64,000 nucleotides of DNA from Raillietiella orientalis (lineage: Eukaryota), in NCBI GenBank assembly GCA_036172245.1, contig JAYWIR010000038.1, positions 1,674,001 to 1,738,000 on the forward strand, written 5' to 3'. Below the pieces are notes generated by a model. The model was not told where the DNA came from and made no database searches. It saw nothing but the letters and a program-made list of their open reading frames with translations. Position numbers and translations under genes: made by a program. Positions 34,101 through 47,126 of the stretch are shown piece after piece (the first letter of the stretch is position 1; every line of letters starts with the position of its first letter).

Positions 34101-37100
34101 CGAATGAAGCGAAAGTACTCTCTCGGATGAGATGGTGTACGAGGGGGGGGGGGAGACATACGAAAAGAATGGGGAAGGGGAGTTCGCTGACCGCGCCGAT
34201 GCCAGGCGAAGGGGCGGTGGGCAGCATCCTCACCCCAGCCCCCGCTGCGCGCGCTCGCACTCACTTTCGGAACAGTCATCCCCTCCGAAGCCGCCGTGGC
34301 AGACGCACTTTCCCTTCTCGCACTCGCCGCTGCCGCTGCAACCCTTGGGGCAGTTCTCCGTCATGTCCTCAGCGATGCGCACGACCACCGTCACCTCCTG
34401 GATGTCGCTGTCGTCGTTGAACAGGGAGAAGAACCAGTGTCCCTGCTCCATGTACAGCAGGGCTTCCTCGTTGACGGAGGGCTGTTTGGATGGCGGAAGG
34501 GACCGGCGGGGAAGGAGACAGGATTGAAGAAGGAGGACGGGGAAAGGGCGAGGTGAATCGCGCAGGATTCGAGAGCGCTCACCATGAAGCCACGTTTGAT
34601 CCTCCGGAACCCGTGGAGAACCTTCATGAAGTCGTACTTGGTGTAGGAAGGCAGGGCGTTCCGCCGGGCGTAGAAGCCGACGCTGGCGCCCCTCGGAATG
34701 CTGTAGTTGAAGTGCACGTAGGACGCATACATCTGGTAAAACTGCATGTTCCAGAAGCTGTACGGCCCCAGGGAGGAAGTCAGCCTTTGGCCGAACTCGG
34801 CCTGGACGAAGGTTGTGCCCTCGGGGGGAAGGAATTGGTGAAGGGGCACGAAACTTCCTGGAAAAGATCGCACCCTTTGGCACGGAGCGAGAGAGAGAGA
34901 GAGAGAGGGAGAGATTGAAGGGGGAAGGGAGGGGAGGGGTAAACAGCCCGTAAGACAAAGAGAAGGGCCAAAAAATACAAATGAATAAATAAAGGAATGG
35001 GGACGGGTGGAGTGCGATGGGAGCAAGCGAACCGAGATGCATGGGGAGGCAAGCAAGATGCACTGGTTATTAATTGCGTTTTTTTTTTTTTTTTTTTTTT
35101 TTCCGGGAAGAGCAGCAGCCCCCTCTCTTTCAGAAGCTGGTTAGTCACTCACTTTTCTTGCAAATTCAAAGAGCCCTCCTCTGGCTTCCAAAAAAAAGTT
35201 CTGGGAGCCCCCAAGCAACGCTCCAAAGCAAGGAATGATCGCAGCGTCCCCGCGGGATCCTGGGAAGTCGGGGAGAGACACTCGCCTAGGGGCGCAAAAA
35301 GCACGGGGAAAGCTTGGCGGGAGGAGCATGGATGATGGTGAGATCCCAGGTCGCAACCAACGTCATCGGAACCTCCTCACCTTGCATGATCAGAATGGGG
35401 CACCTTTGCACGGTAGCATCAGAAGGGAAAGGGGTGAGCGCTGTGGGAGGAGACAAGGCTGGTCCCGAAGGCGTGGTGGAAGCCGAGCGGCTCGGAGCTC
35501 TGGCATGGTCTGAACGATCTTCATCCACCGAAATCTCTCGGTGTTTCGTGGCGCTGTCCTCGGGTGGGATGGTGCTAACGCAGCAAAGCGACACGTTCGT
35601 GAGGCGGGGTGGGTGGGCGTCTGCAGCATCCGCAGAGTCGGGTTGATGTGCGGGATCGCCGCAAGAAAATTCCAGGTCGCCGTCTACCACCAACTGCGGC
35701 ATCTCGGTCGTCAGCTCGTCGGGTTCTTCCGCTTCCACTGACGATGGCCATTCGATTCCAGCCGCCGTACCGGCAGCGTTGCACGGAGGAGGTTCCTCAG
35801 TTGCCGCTGCTGTTTCCGTGAGGTCATCGGGCTGTCCTCTGGATACCGGAGCGAAGGATGTGCCACCGTGCACAGAGGGAGTCGTCGCTTCCTCTTCGCC
35901 CGTGCTGAGCTCTTCTTCCGCTCCTGGTTCGTTATGCAGTGGAACCAAAGGGTCCAGGGTGAGCAACTCGGCGTCTCCTCCAGAGCCATCGAGAAGCGAC
36001 GGGAGGAAGCTGCGAAAGTTGCCGCCCGAAAGATCAGCCAGGGAGTCAAACACATTTATCACGATGCCTCCGGGAGGGAGTGACTCGTCGTCTCCCGGTT
36101 TCTGCTCCGCGCTTTTCTCTTCCTTTCCCTTGCCCAGAGAGAAAGACAGACGCTTCGCGTAGATGGAGCGGAAGAGATTCTTCCTCTCTTCGGCGACGTG
36201 GATGCTGACGTGCACGTGATCGGGGGGGAAGGGGCAGCCGGCCGATGAATTCAGTACTCGCAACGCCCACGTGTGCTGGAAGCCATTGAGGCGACGCTGG
36301 TGATCCACAGACAAGGAAGGGGCACAGGCACTTCCACGGGGCACTCCCGTCCCCGGGAGGGGGTCAAAGGGCACAAACTCGGAGAACGCGGCTGCGAACC
36401 GACCGCCGCCGCTGTCGTGAGCTTGGAAGGAGGGAGAGGATGTGCCGTCCGGCGCGGCGTGGGCGCTGCTGCCGTGCAGCAGATGGCCAAGCAACCTTCC
36501 CAGGGCGTGCTTGTTCCTAGGGCGCGAGGGGGGAAGGAAGTGGAGGAAGTTTCTGTCCGACTGAGGTGTGACAACGTCTCTTTTGAGGCGGCGAGGGGTG
36601 CTGCCCATTTTCGACTGCCCGCCAGCCTCCTCGAAAGCACGCGTACTAGCACGCCGCGTTGTCCCATCTCTGAGGAGCAGTGCGGCGCCAAGAGGGTGGG
36701 GTGTGAGGATCAGGACGGGTTCGCCAAACGACATGGGAGAGTCCGCTTTACCTGGAGGGCTGTCGGAAAAGGAAAAGGGGCTCCTGGAGTGGGTTTCGGG
36801 ACTCCTCGGATCTATGCTCACGTCCATGTCGTCAGGCAGGATCACTGCGCAGTTCGAGCCGTCCTGGGACATTGCTGGGGGGGTGAGAACTGGAAGGAGA
36901 AACGGGAGAAAAAACGTTTACACGCGGTGACGTACGTGGTGGCGCAAGGAGCGCGTGAGCCGTAAGAAGCGCAAACGCAATGACGTGCTTAACGTACGGA
37001 GCCTGCGATGCGGGGTGTGCACGGGACGAATGCCACGAGAAGACACAATTCAGTCGTGAACGAGTGGCTTCGTGGCAACTCTTCGTTTCCTTTCTTGGCT

Positions 37101-37828
37101 GATGCACCTCCGAGCAGGGCAGCACCTGTGGTCGCTCAAAAGATTCCTGGGATGGTCATCAGCTTCTGCCTCTTAGGTGTCCGAGCTGCTTTGCTGCTAC
37201 TGCAGTCTCTCTGATCGTGGGGTGCCGCTCGAGGAGGTCCTCGTGAAACGCTTCCGCACTTCGCCGGCTACTACACGATGATGCCCGGTGTCCTCTCATA
37301 CTTACGACAGGACAGAACGCTTCGTGCACCACCACAATCCGTTTTTGCTCAAAATCGGCCTTTTAAGCAAAGGACAAAAAGAATAAAAGAAGATGAAACC
37401 CTCTCGCAAAAGGCGTGCCGGGTCATCTTTTGCTAAGAGCGAGGCTAGCAGTCCCGTCCTTTCCCTTCCAGAAGGATGAGTGAGCAGTGCAGTGGTCCAA
37501 AAAATGCGATGTTTTCCATCCCGTGCACACCCTGTGTGTCAGGCTGCAGTACGTTATTGCGCACGCGCAAATCGGGGGTTGCTGTTTTTTACTTTTTCCC
37601 CCTTTTTGCTTACGATCTCAGTTTAGAGTCCTTTCTTTCTTTTTTGGAATTTTTTTTTTTTCCTTCTTTTTGGAGAGGAGGACAAAAAGAATTCAGAGAG
37701 GATGGTCACCTGATATTGCCACCAGAGCCAGCAGTAGAAGAATACAAACGCACATCAGAAATATGGCCATGGTCTTCCACGTGCAATGCAGGCACAAGGA
37801 ATGCCTCAGCAGGTTACTGGAACTGTTC
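22177..37828 (-). CDS. Ten-m: Teneurin (Ten-m-like): TM helix, stalk, Ig-like region, 8 EGF repeats, NHL propeller, YD shell, Tox-GHH/TCAP C-terminus; N-terminus continues upstream
   Basis: Phase-consistent GT-AG exons (5'->3'): 37828-37710 (TM, CTWKTMAIFLMCVCILLLLALVAIS), 36874-35381, 34857-34583 (PYSFWNMQFYQ...YARRNALP), 34481-34265, 34082-33888, 33824-33615, 33546-33214, 33141-32934 (DKLVDCEDPECC), 28736-28710, 28381-28162, 28068-27653, 27596-27424, 27332-27047, 26989-26593, 26540-25493, 25436-24856, 24770-23114, 23060-22177. EGF2 and EGF5 have the aromatic-for-Cys change typical of teneurins. The end (DPGNVIF...RRKRRK) resembles insect Ten-m as I recall it. Teneurin identity is certain; Ten-m versus Ten-a is less so. 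Confidence 0.95.
28710..28736 (-). CDS. Ten-m: 27-nt teneurin microexon (STFWNSFNA), probably alternative
   Basis: TGATCAG|CACATTCTGGAACTCATTCAATGCAAG|GTAAGT with a pyrimidine tract. Symmetric phase 2-2, between ...FNE and SRVSVIRG. Confidence 0.8.
31109..32629. repeat. 56-bp inverted repeat pair (31109-31164 and 32574-32629), 2 mismatches
   Basis: CCCTCCTCCACTTCCCATCTCCTTCGAGACGCGCATGCTCGCTCACAACCTCGGCC and its near reverse complement 1.4 kb away. Confidence 0.92.
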
Positions 37829-38417
37829 CTGCACAAGAGGAGAAGAAGGCTTTTTGTTACAAAGGCAAGCAAAGGGTCCTCAAAGCACTGTGTACCAACT
37901 AACGAGAAAACGCGGCAAAAGGCAGAACCAGCTGAGTTCGGGCAATAGCCGTCTCACCCCCCCCCCCCCCAAATCAAAGAACGCTCACATAGCAACGAAA
38001 TGAGTCCATCCTGGTCACGGAGCCATTTCAAAGATGGGGTGGTGTGCACCGCCATTGAATCGGGGAAGCCCCGTTTCTTTTCTTTTCTTTCTTTCTTTCT
38101 TTCTTTTTTTTTTTTTTTTTTTTGGCAAGATGCCGCGCACACCGACTACCGAGTTGATTTGCAAAGATCAGTTCCACATCCCTTCCATGGTTCCCTTGGG
38201 GATAAGCAGCCAAGAAGCGGAAGGAAAAAATCTTTGCCAACCAGCCAACTTTTTGCATTCGAATTCCCACTCGCGGACGAAATGAACAAAATTCGTCTTT
38301 TGTCTACCTTGATGCTTCCCTTCCAATCAGTAGGGAGCATTTCTTGTTTTTGTTTTTGTTTTTTTAAAAAGAAAATGAAAACAACAACAACAAAAAAAAA
38401 AAGTTGATTTTCTTTAC

Positions 38418-38686
38418 CCGTCAATACACTTCCTCTGAGTTGCTATCATGGCGTCACAGAAAGACGTCTGTACATAGTCCGGAGGGATATCTGAGTACAA
38501 ATACACCATGGAAGATTCAAGTTGACACTCTGGAAGACTCACAACATTTTCGTTCGTCCGTGTTTCGTACGTAGTTGCTCAGTTCGTTGTCCTTCAGCGT
38601 ACAGTGGGCAGACCGTGGGATCACTCTGGACGAGCTCATGTTGCGGACAGAGCGACACGTCCCGTCCAAATGATCAGCCAAATCAC
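38418..38686 (-). CDS. Ten-m: Candidate teneurin intracellular-domain exons (38686-38543 and 38490-38418)
   Basis: CTAACCCGAAG acceptor, open 144-nt exon, a 52-nt GTGAGT...CTCAG intron, then a 73-nt exon ending in phase 2 that joins the TM exon in frame. No recognised homology. Confidence 0.55.
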
Positions 38687-41600
38687 CTTCGGGTTAGAAG
38701 AGAACGGGGGGAGGGGGGAGGGGAAGACAAAAATTAGCAACCAGGCACAGAAGAGTCAGCTCGAAATGTTTGCAACGTAAACACCCCAAAGCCACCCGAC
38801 GCCCGTACTCCCCGTGGCAAGCGTTAACGTCGGGCCTCCACGACCGCGGAGGCGCGTGAGCGAGCCCTACTGGCTGTGCCCTCTCTGACTTTGGGAGGTG
38901 CAGCAGCTGAATCCCCTGCACCTTTCCACCCCACCCCACCCCCAAACTGTGGAGAACGGGAGAAATCGACACATCGAAAGCATCTGCACTGGGGCACACG
39001 GGATGGCACGAAATGTGCCTGTGGTAGGAAGAGCGCAACGCCGGGCACTCCTTCAGAGCAGCTTCCAACTTCGCCTCCACCTTGACAGGGGGTTCCGGGG
39101 TTCCTGCATTCAAGCTCGGTTCTGATTGGTCAGTTGGAAACCCCGCTGCAAGACCAGTAGGGAAATTTTCAAGAGGCGCTTGTGGGAGGGGGGACGTCAC
39201 ACGCGATGGAGTGGACTCGGTGCGGGACGTATGAAAATCCCAAGAGGGAGCTCGGGTTCCCATCACTCCCCTTTCGGATTGGACTGCACCAGCGCACTTG
39301 AAAACAACGAAAAGAACGGGAAGGGGGGGAATGGTCAAGAAGAAGCACTGCAGCAAAACCACCGGGCAAAGTAAAAGGGGTGGGTGGTGGCTCGTGTAGA
39401 TCTTGGAATCTTCCTCAAGTCTTTCCATTTCCCCCTACTCTTCCCCGATCCCCCTCCCCCCTCATGGAACGGAAATCGATGGACCAAACCTCTCTTGATG
39501 AGCGTAACAAATGAGTGCGACCGCAGTCGACGGATTTCGTCATTCAGTCAGGCACACAACGCCTCACGCGCTCCTCGAAAGAGACGGCGGCAATTCAGCC
39601 CACGAGACTTCTGTCTGTCCGTCTCTCCCTCACAAGAATGATGCGCCGTTCCCCTTGGAAAGAGAGAAAGAGAACCAGGATCTTCGGGGGGGGGGGGGGT
39701 TCTCTGATCTTGTTTACCTGCCTGTCCGATCAATGAAGATACGGAAAATCCATCCGAAATAATTCACAGAGTTTTGGGAAAGAGAACACACAGAGAGAGA
39801 ACAGGAACACACAGAAAACAAATCTGCGCGTTTGTTCCTTCTCGACGATGATGCCGACCGGGAATACCCAGCTACACTACCCGGAGAATGAAAGGGGGGG
39901 GGGGAAGGAGAATCACTACTGAGCAAACAGTTCAACGCCGTGATTGTGCGAAACATCCAGGGTAAAAAAATAAAGAGTTTTTCGGAGGCGCCCCGAAAAC
40001 AGCACTGCACTTTCTATAATTCTATCTTTTCGCGAATTCGGGTATCCTAACGGGAACGTCGTGGCCGAACGATACGAATCCTCCTTCTCTCGAACTAAGG
40101 AGACATGGGATTCCCGTTTATCGTCGTCATTCTCGGCAACTTCGTCTCCCGCTTCTGAGCGGTCCACTGCATCCAGAGAAGGCGGGAAAGCATCCCAGTG
40201 ATTTGCGGGTGTTGTTGGAGAGACCTCCAAGCGAATGCTGCATCCGAGGCCCACGAGCCGGGACCCTGGGAATCATTTTTCGTGGTACGCGTCTTCCCTC
40301 CCCCTCGAAATCCTCAAACCTCGCCTTCGGACAGGAACAACGGTGCCATCTAGAGGCAGTGCGCGAAACTAACGCCAGCTGCCCCTCACCTGGTGTTGTT
40401 TACGGTGCGGGGTATCTGTTTACCTTCCTGATACCGGGTTCTCAGGACGTGACTCCTGATGCTCTTCCTCGTGTACCCAGTGCCCTAGACGAAAGCACGC
40501 ACGCAGCGTCCGTCTACCCGGACGCCAGGGATGAAAGGCATGTAGACTTCCCTCCTCTGCACTCAAACCGCTGAAGACGACGGCAGTTTCCCTCCCCCCG
40601 CCCTCCCCACTCTCCTGAATGACGATCGAGCCCTCAACAAAGAGTCGAATTTAACACATAAGTAGCTTGGAAGGGATCGTTCCAGGTTTTCCGTTCTTAC
40701 ATGGGATGGGTCGCGTACATAGCTCTGCCCCACGCGGCTTAGGAGAGGAGGAGGGAGCTTTGGTTACGCGATTCTTCCCCTGAAACCATGATAAAGGACG
40801 GATAGAGATCCTTTAAATTAATACAGTGTTACAGCACAATGGCATCTCATCGGAAAACAAGATGAATGACGAGAAAAAATGGGGAGGAAGCTGGTGACGG
40901 GAGCGTTTAAGGGGGAAGACGAATGAGACACCAGCCAGGTGCAGGGATACGGACGGATACGCTTCTCATTTCTGCAAATATGAAAAAAATTGACTGGTGA
41001 AGAGTCACTTCATCCCTCTTGTCTGACAGCTCATCAGGAGCATGCAGGATGGCTGTCTGACTGTGCCCTGTGTGCCTCGAGGCAGGGGATGGGGGGGGAG
41101 GAAGTTCAAGTGTGTGCGCGCTTCCCGGTGGGTTGCACTTGAGCGAAGAATTTCGCTTTCCCAACGGCCTGCCGTGGGAACGAAACCAGAAGAATGAAAA
41201 AGGGGGGAGGGGAGAAGGAAGAGGGGGGGGGTACACGGGAAACAACAAGCACAAGTCTGCTCAATGCGATGTAACAGCAAACTGACTGCTCGCAAGCAAT
41301 CTTCGTCGCGGGAAAGCTCTGCGTGTATCCCCGATGGACACGCTAATTTTCCTCCTCCCCCTCGCAGTCCGGTTTTCGGAACGCTTTCACCGTCCGCGGT
41401 CCCGTGTCGCTTGCTCTGCAAGGAAAAGAAAAGGGAAGACACTGCCCCTCCCCCCTCCCGAATCTTTCGTTGATGGGACTTGTGCGGACGCAAGCAAGAG
41501 AGCGACGCGCCCCGGAGGGGCACTCCACTCGGCCTCTTCCTCTCCTTCCGGAAAAACAAACTGGCACGCGTGCACAGGTGAAATGGTGCGACGAGACGCA

Positions 41601-44076
41601 TGAGGGAGAAATTACATCTCTGGAGTCAGTGTGCTCTCGGATGAGAGATGGGAGGTGCACGCGCACACGTTCCCACGTGTGTGCGCATCTCCGATCTTCG
41701 CATCCAGCGACTGCTGGAAAAATGCCGGCGCAAACCACACCGCGCATGCGCACAACGGGCAGAAGCGTCCCGGTCGACGGATTTCCCCCCCCCCCCACAC
41801 ACACACACTCTCTCTCTCTCTCTCTCTCTCTCTGCGCATCCTGAGCACGCGCATTAGGGAAGCGGTGTCTCCCTTGCCCTGGGCCCCGCTTTTCGACGCG
41901 GGCCACGCCCGCTCTCTGGTCTGCCCGCAGACTCCGCTCGCCGCTGCGGCGCGCACACTCGGTGGAGCGCCGGCCGATGATGCGCGGAGATCGAAAATCG
42001 CCTCATCAGCAGATGCTGACCACACTTGGCGTCGCTGAAACGACGCCGCAGGGAAAAACCTGCCCATGGACGCCGAGGGGGGGGGGGAAACCTTCCTTTC
42101 GGCGACTCGGGACGGCCACCTCGATGAGGAAGGGGGGGGGGGGAATGCGAACGCAGCGCCTTCATGTGAGGCGCAGACGGAATTCCGACAAGAAACGAGG
42201 GATGCCCTCCGTCGCCGCCGCCTCCAGCCTCCGAAAGTCAGCCGACGGGTTGAGATCACAAGCGGTTCGCCAACATCCGGAGGCTTTTCTTCTTTCCTTT
42301 CCCTGGTTCCTCGAAAGCAAACAACCGGGCGAGGGACAGGGGATGAGGGGGGTGAGGATGCTAATTTTTCACACCGCCGTCAATCGCCCGGAACCCCAGT
42401 GAATTCCCGTGCTCGGGAGCGAATTCCGGTTCCCCTTGCAGGAGGAGGGGACGCAGCTGTGTCGAGTCAAAGGGTGCTGCTTTCGGGGAAGATCAGGGGG
42501 GGGGGGGAGAAAAAGGAACGTCTGTCACCAGATAGGACTCGGTCTTCGGGAAAGAAACGCCGCCTTGGGATTGGCAGCACCTGCGCGGAGGAGCTCGCGA
42601 ACACCAGCCCACCTGTCCCCTACCCTGCGCTACTCCCTGCGCTGGACGCTCCCGGTTCGGGCACGGCTCGCCCCGCGAAAAGCAGCGACAAGGTGTGGAC
42701 AGCAGCAGGAAGCGGAGAAGATGAAGGAGAACGAGATACGGAAGAAGGAAGCAGGACGTGGAGAAAGCCTCGCAAGATTCAAACCCTCCGAATAGCCAAT
42801 CACCACAGCTGTCCCCGCTCTTTCGCATGATCCGATGCCCTCCCCGAGCGGAAGACGACGACGTGCCCCTCGCAGCTGCTGATGCGTTAAGAAACGGAGG
42901 AGGCGGGAGGAGGGGGGGAGGGGAGAGTCGAGCGAGCGCTCCTTTTGACCTGGACGCGATCGCTGGCTGGCGGACGACGAGCGGGCTTGATCACCAGCAC
43001 CACCACGGATGCGATACTTCACGCAGCTGACAACAGGGACCGGATGCTGTTAGCAACCGCATGTGGCCGACGCCTGATTGGATCCCTCTTCGCGCCGGTA
43101 TTGAGAAGCGCTGCGCTCGCGTGACCCTACAGAGGAGGGGCGGCTGAAAGTTAGGATGATGGAGAAGGGTTTTCGACTCCTCCCGGATCTTCCGATGACC
43201 TTCATCTTCCCGGCGTCGGTGCCGCAGCTTTCTCCGCCTCTTCTGGAGCGGAGACCTTGGGAACGGAGGCGGCGGCAGCCTCGATGCCTTTCTGACAACC
43301 CGGACCGATCCATCATCGTCCTGGAATCCCCCCTTCGGCAAGGCACGCCCCTGCTCTCGGGAAGGCAGTTATTCTTGCGGGATCGTCGCCTTCTTTGCGA
43401 GTGCGCCCTCTCAACAGCCTCTGCGCCAGCCGGCCTCCTTCGCCCTGCGCGAGTAGATTCTTTTCCCCCCTCCGCGAGGGGGGAAAATTCTTTTTTCCTC
43501 CCGGCGTGGTCCGGCTGCTGCCAGCGGAATTCCTGAGACACGCCATCCGCCGTCGCCGCCATAGCGAGCGGGCCGAAGGGAGGAGACAAAGCGGAGGCCC
43601 GTGCCTCCCCCCGCTGAGGTCTGCTCGCGCCACCGCTCTCTCCCTGTGGCTTCCTCCCTTTTTTTTCCTTGCCGGCTCTTTCCCAGAGAACTCGACTGCA
43701 CCCGCCGCTAAGCCTCCAGAAGGGTCACGAGGGAGAACGGGCTCCGGAACGGCAGCAGCAAGGAAAAGCAAGGAGATTTTTTCCCTCCCCCACGCTCTCC
43801 GGAAACGGAACGCGGCCGATGGATCCCACGTCACGCTGCTTTCCCCCTCCCTCCATGGAAGGTTCCCTTCCCTAAGGGGAGCTGGTGGTTCGGACGGGAA
43901 GACCGGGAAAGAGTCCTAAGAGGGGGAAAAGAAAGGATTGCTGCCGGGGGGGGGTTCGGCCCGAGGGCTTTTTGTGTGTTTTTTTGTGTTGCTGTTGATT
44001 TCTTCGCGTGACCGCGCGCGCGTGTGGTCCACGAGCCTGGTCGCCGCTTAATTTCAACATACCGCGGAACGAGCCT

Positions 44077-45751
44077 GAACCCGGGAGTGGCACCGCCGAG
44101 AATCCCTGCCTCAAGCCGCAAGAATTCTCCCTGTCCGTCCCTCGACCTCGCCCCGCCTATAGTGAGGGATGGCGGATACTGTCGGGTGTAAGTCCACGGA
44201 GAACAACTTTCTTCCTTCTTGCGACGACAAAAAAATGGGGGAAGGGGAAGGGAGGGGGAACACTGAGCCATTCCTCTTAGCAGGTTTTTCCCTCAACTCC
44301 AGAACATCATCCAGAGTGGGTCCCGTTCTCCTGGCTTTCCTTTCCACACAACCCGACGAACGGGCTCATCCCGAGCGGACTACTTTCGCGGAGAGCCTCA
44401 CTCCACACGCCGACAGGTTTCCGAGAGGGAGACCAGGACTCTCTCTCCCGACCGGGAGGAGAGGCCTCGTGCGTGTGGGGAGAGGGAGAGAATACAGTTC
44501 TTGCCCTTTCGCCAGTTCCTTGGCGAGGCGACAGCTTCCTCTTTCGGGAGATTTGCTCCCGAAAGAGGGAGCACGAACCGCTCCTCGTGGTCGTCGGCAA
44601 TGGTCTGGGAAGAGTCCGCTAGCACGGCGGGAAGAGTGCCCGCTGAGCCACAGCCCGTGTCCTTAGCCGTGCGGGCGAAGCGCTAAAGATGAAACCCGCG
44701 GAGGCAGAAGCGGAGAACGCGAGGGCAGGAAGGAAAAAGGCGGGACCAGAGAGGGTTCTGGAGGGGGCAAGGAGAGAGGTTGGGAGAGAAGCGTAGAGCG
44801 GCGCCTGGAGACCCATGCTAAAGGAAGCAGCGAAGCGTTAAAAAAAGGGGGGGGGGATAGGAGGGGAGAAGGGCGGGATGGAACGCTTTCGGGAAGGGGA
44901 AGGGAGGAGGAGGCGAGGGCAGGGCAGCAGCGGGCGGATTAGAACGGACGCGCCGCGGGAGAAAGGGATGGGGCGCCCGAAAGAGAAAGCTCCCTTCTTT
45001 TCAGGGGAACCAACGGAGTGACCGTCGCGGGGCATGCAAATCCTTGCGCATCGGCGGCACCCAGCCGGACGAATGCCTTCGGATGGCGCGCCGCAGTTCG
45101 TTCCAGACGCCTCTGCCTGGGAGGGAAGAGAATGTGCACAAAGCTCTGCAGACCCCGAAGGGTCCTTTTGGCTGCCCACGGGATGGCTGAGAAAGGTCGA
45201 CCCGTCTCCTCCGCACCAGCCGAAACGAGCTCAGAGCGTGAACGGGGGGAATGAGAAGAACGCCGAGGTCTTCCTGACTGATATGGCAAAAAAAAAAAAA
45301 AAAAAAAAAAAAAAACCCACCCAATTTCTTGCTGAGAAGGGTGGAAGCGCACCGCACGCACCAGCCAGAACCCGGGAGTGGCACCACCGCGAATCCTTGC
45401 CTCGAGCCACAAGAATTCTTTCTGTCCGTCCCTCGACCTCGCCCCCACCTACCTTGAGGAATGGCGGATATTGTCGGGTGTGAGTCCACAGAGAACAACT
45501 TTCTTCCTTTTTTCGACAAGAAAAAATTAGGCAAGGGGAAAAAGAGAGAGAGGATCCAGGAGCGTTGCCGGAGTCACTCTTCCCCAGTCGAGACTCCGGC
45601 AGCTCCGGGAAATCGGCGGCGGTTGCGCTGGAAGATCCGTGGAAGGGATCTCGCATTCCCGTAACGAGGGGGAAGGGAAAGGGGGGGAACACTGAACCAT
45701 TCCTCATTCCCGGTTCTTTTCGCCATTTCAAAACACCAGTCAGAGTGGGTC
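44077..45751. repeat. Diverged direct duplication (~250 bp; 44077-44322 and 45368-45751, second copy with ~130-bp insert)
   Basis: Both copies begin GAACCCGGGAGTGGCACC and share CTGTCCGTCCCTCGACCTCGCCCC, GAGAACAACTTTCTTCCTT, GGGGGAACACTGA.CCATTCCTC and CAGAGTGGGTC. Confidence 0.9.
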
Positions 45752-47126
45752 GCCTTCCTCCCACAACTCGACGCAGAGACTCGCCACGAAAGGAAGCTCA
45801 GGACATGCGCCACGCCCACGGGAAGGGAGAAGGAGGAGGACACGAGAATAGAACCTCTCCTCGGCGAAATGAGATTGTTCCCGACAGCCATGGGGACGGG
45901 AGGCATATCCAGTAGGTTCTTTCGGTGAAGAAGGAAGGGCATGCCGCGCGGAGACAAGAGGGGATGCACCTTTCTGGTCCAGCGAAACACTGCCGGGGGA
46001 TACCCGAACAGTGGCACCCACCCCGTCGATTTTCGGGGCGGAAAAGGCTAGTGAGGCAGAGGGACAGGAAAGGAGGGGAGGGAGGAGGGGAAGTAAAACT
46101 TCGCGGAACATACGAACAACGTGACGTTGCAACTGTCGCTTACGGCGGCGGGGAACGCGAGGGCCGTACCTTTATCCTTCTCGTGACCATGGAACCACAC
46201 CGCCGCTCTCCATTCTCCTTCGGAACGGTCAAGCGAACATCTCCATTCAGCGGAACAGATAAGGGAGATTCCCCTCTGATTTTTTCCCGGACCACGGATG
46301 AAGGGGAAGGGAAGCAAATAGGAAAGAGAGGCGGAAGCGGACGGATCGGTCGGCGCGGCTGCGAGAGGGGGCGCAACACGCTCCCTTCGGAATCCGCGTC
46401 CAATCCCCCGAACACACTCTCCTTCTCCCCTCCCCCCCAAACACTACGCTGAACACCCTGGACGGAGCCAGCTAGCACGGTGCAGGAGGCGGGAATCGAT
46501 CCGCAGGCGCTCGAGATGGAGGCCGATCCCCACACGAAGAGAGAGCACTCCAAATTATCCCTGACAGCTTGATAAAGGACCCTCGCCCCGTTCCTATGCA
46601 CAGATGCGAGCGGCGGCGGCGCGCGCGAGGATGAAGCCGAGCGTTTTCCAGGAACCTGGGCGTCGTGCCCTGCCACAGCACGGGAGGGCGACGATAACGT
46701 TCCCTTTCCACGTCGCTGCTGCTGCTGCTGCTGCTCGCGAGTTCAATCTCCAGAGACGATGCTGTGACCCTCGGAAACAACAACAGGAACGCAGGATGTG
46801 GCCTTTCCCCTCCCTCCCCCCGTCCCCGAACGACGGTGAGACAACCGACCTATTCGAAACGGAGGACGCACTTGCCTGAGGTCGCCCGGAGACCGAAAAC
46901 GGGGGGTCTGTCGCTCTCTTACGTGGTCTCCTAGCGTTCTGTAGGATTCGCTCCCTCCTCCGCTATTCGATTTGCGCTTCCCTTGGGCGGCAGAATCGAT
47001 AGCGGTTCCCTTAATGACGCTGGGGTCGAAAAGCCGGTCGTATTCCATCGTTTCGGAAACTCGTGAGCGCGCTTCGGGAGAGGAAGACGGGAGGGGAACG
47101 CTCCTCGCGGGCGAAGCGGAGCCTAC

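Noticed and set aside
22283..37000. Long + strand ORFs (e.g. 25728-27050, 440 aa)
   Set aside because: Antisense shadows of high-GC3 teneurin exons.
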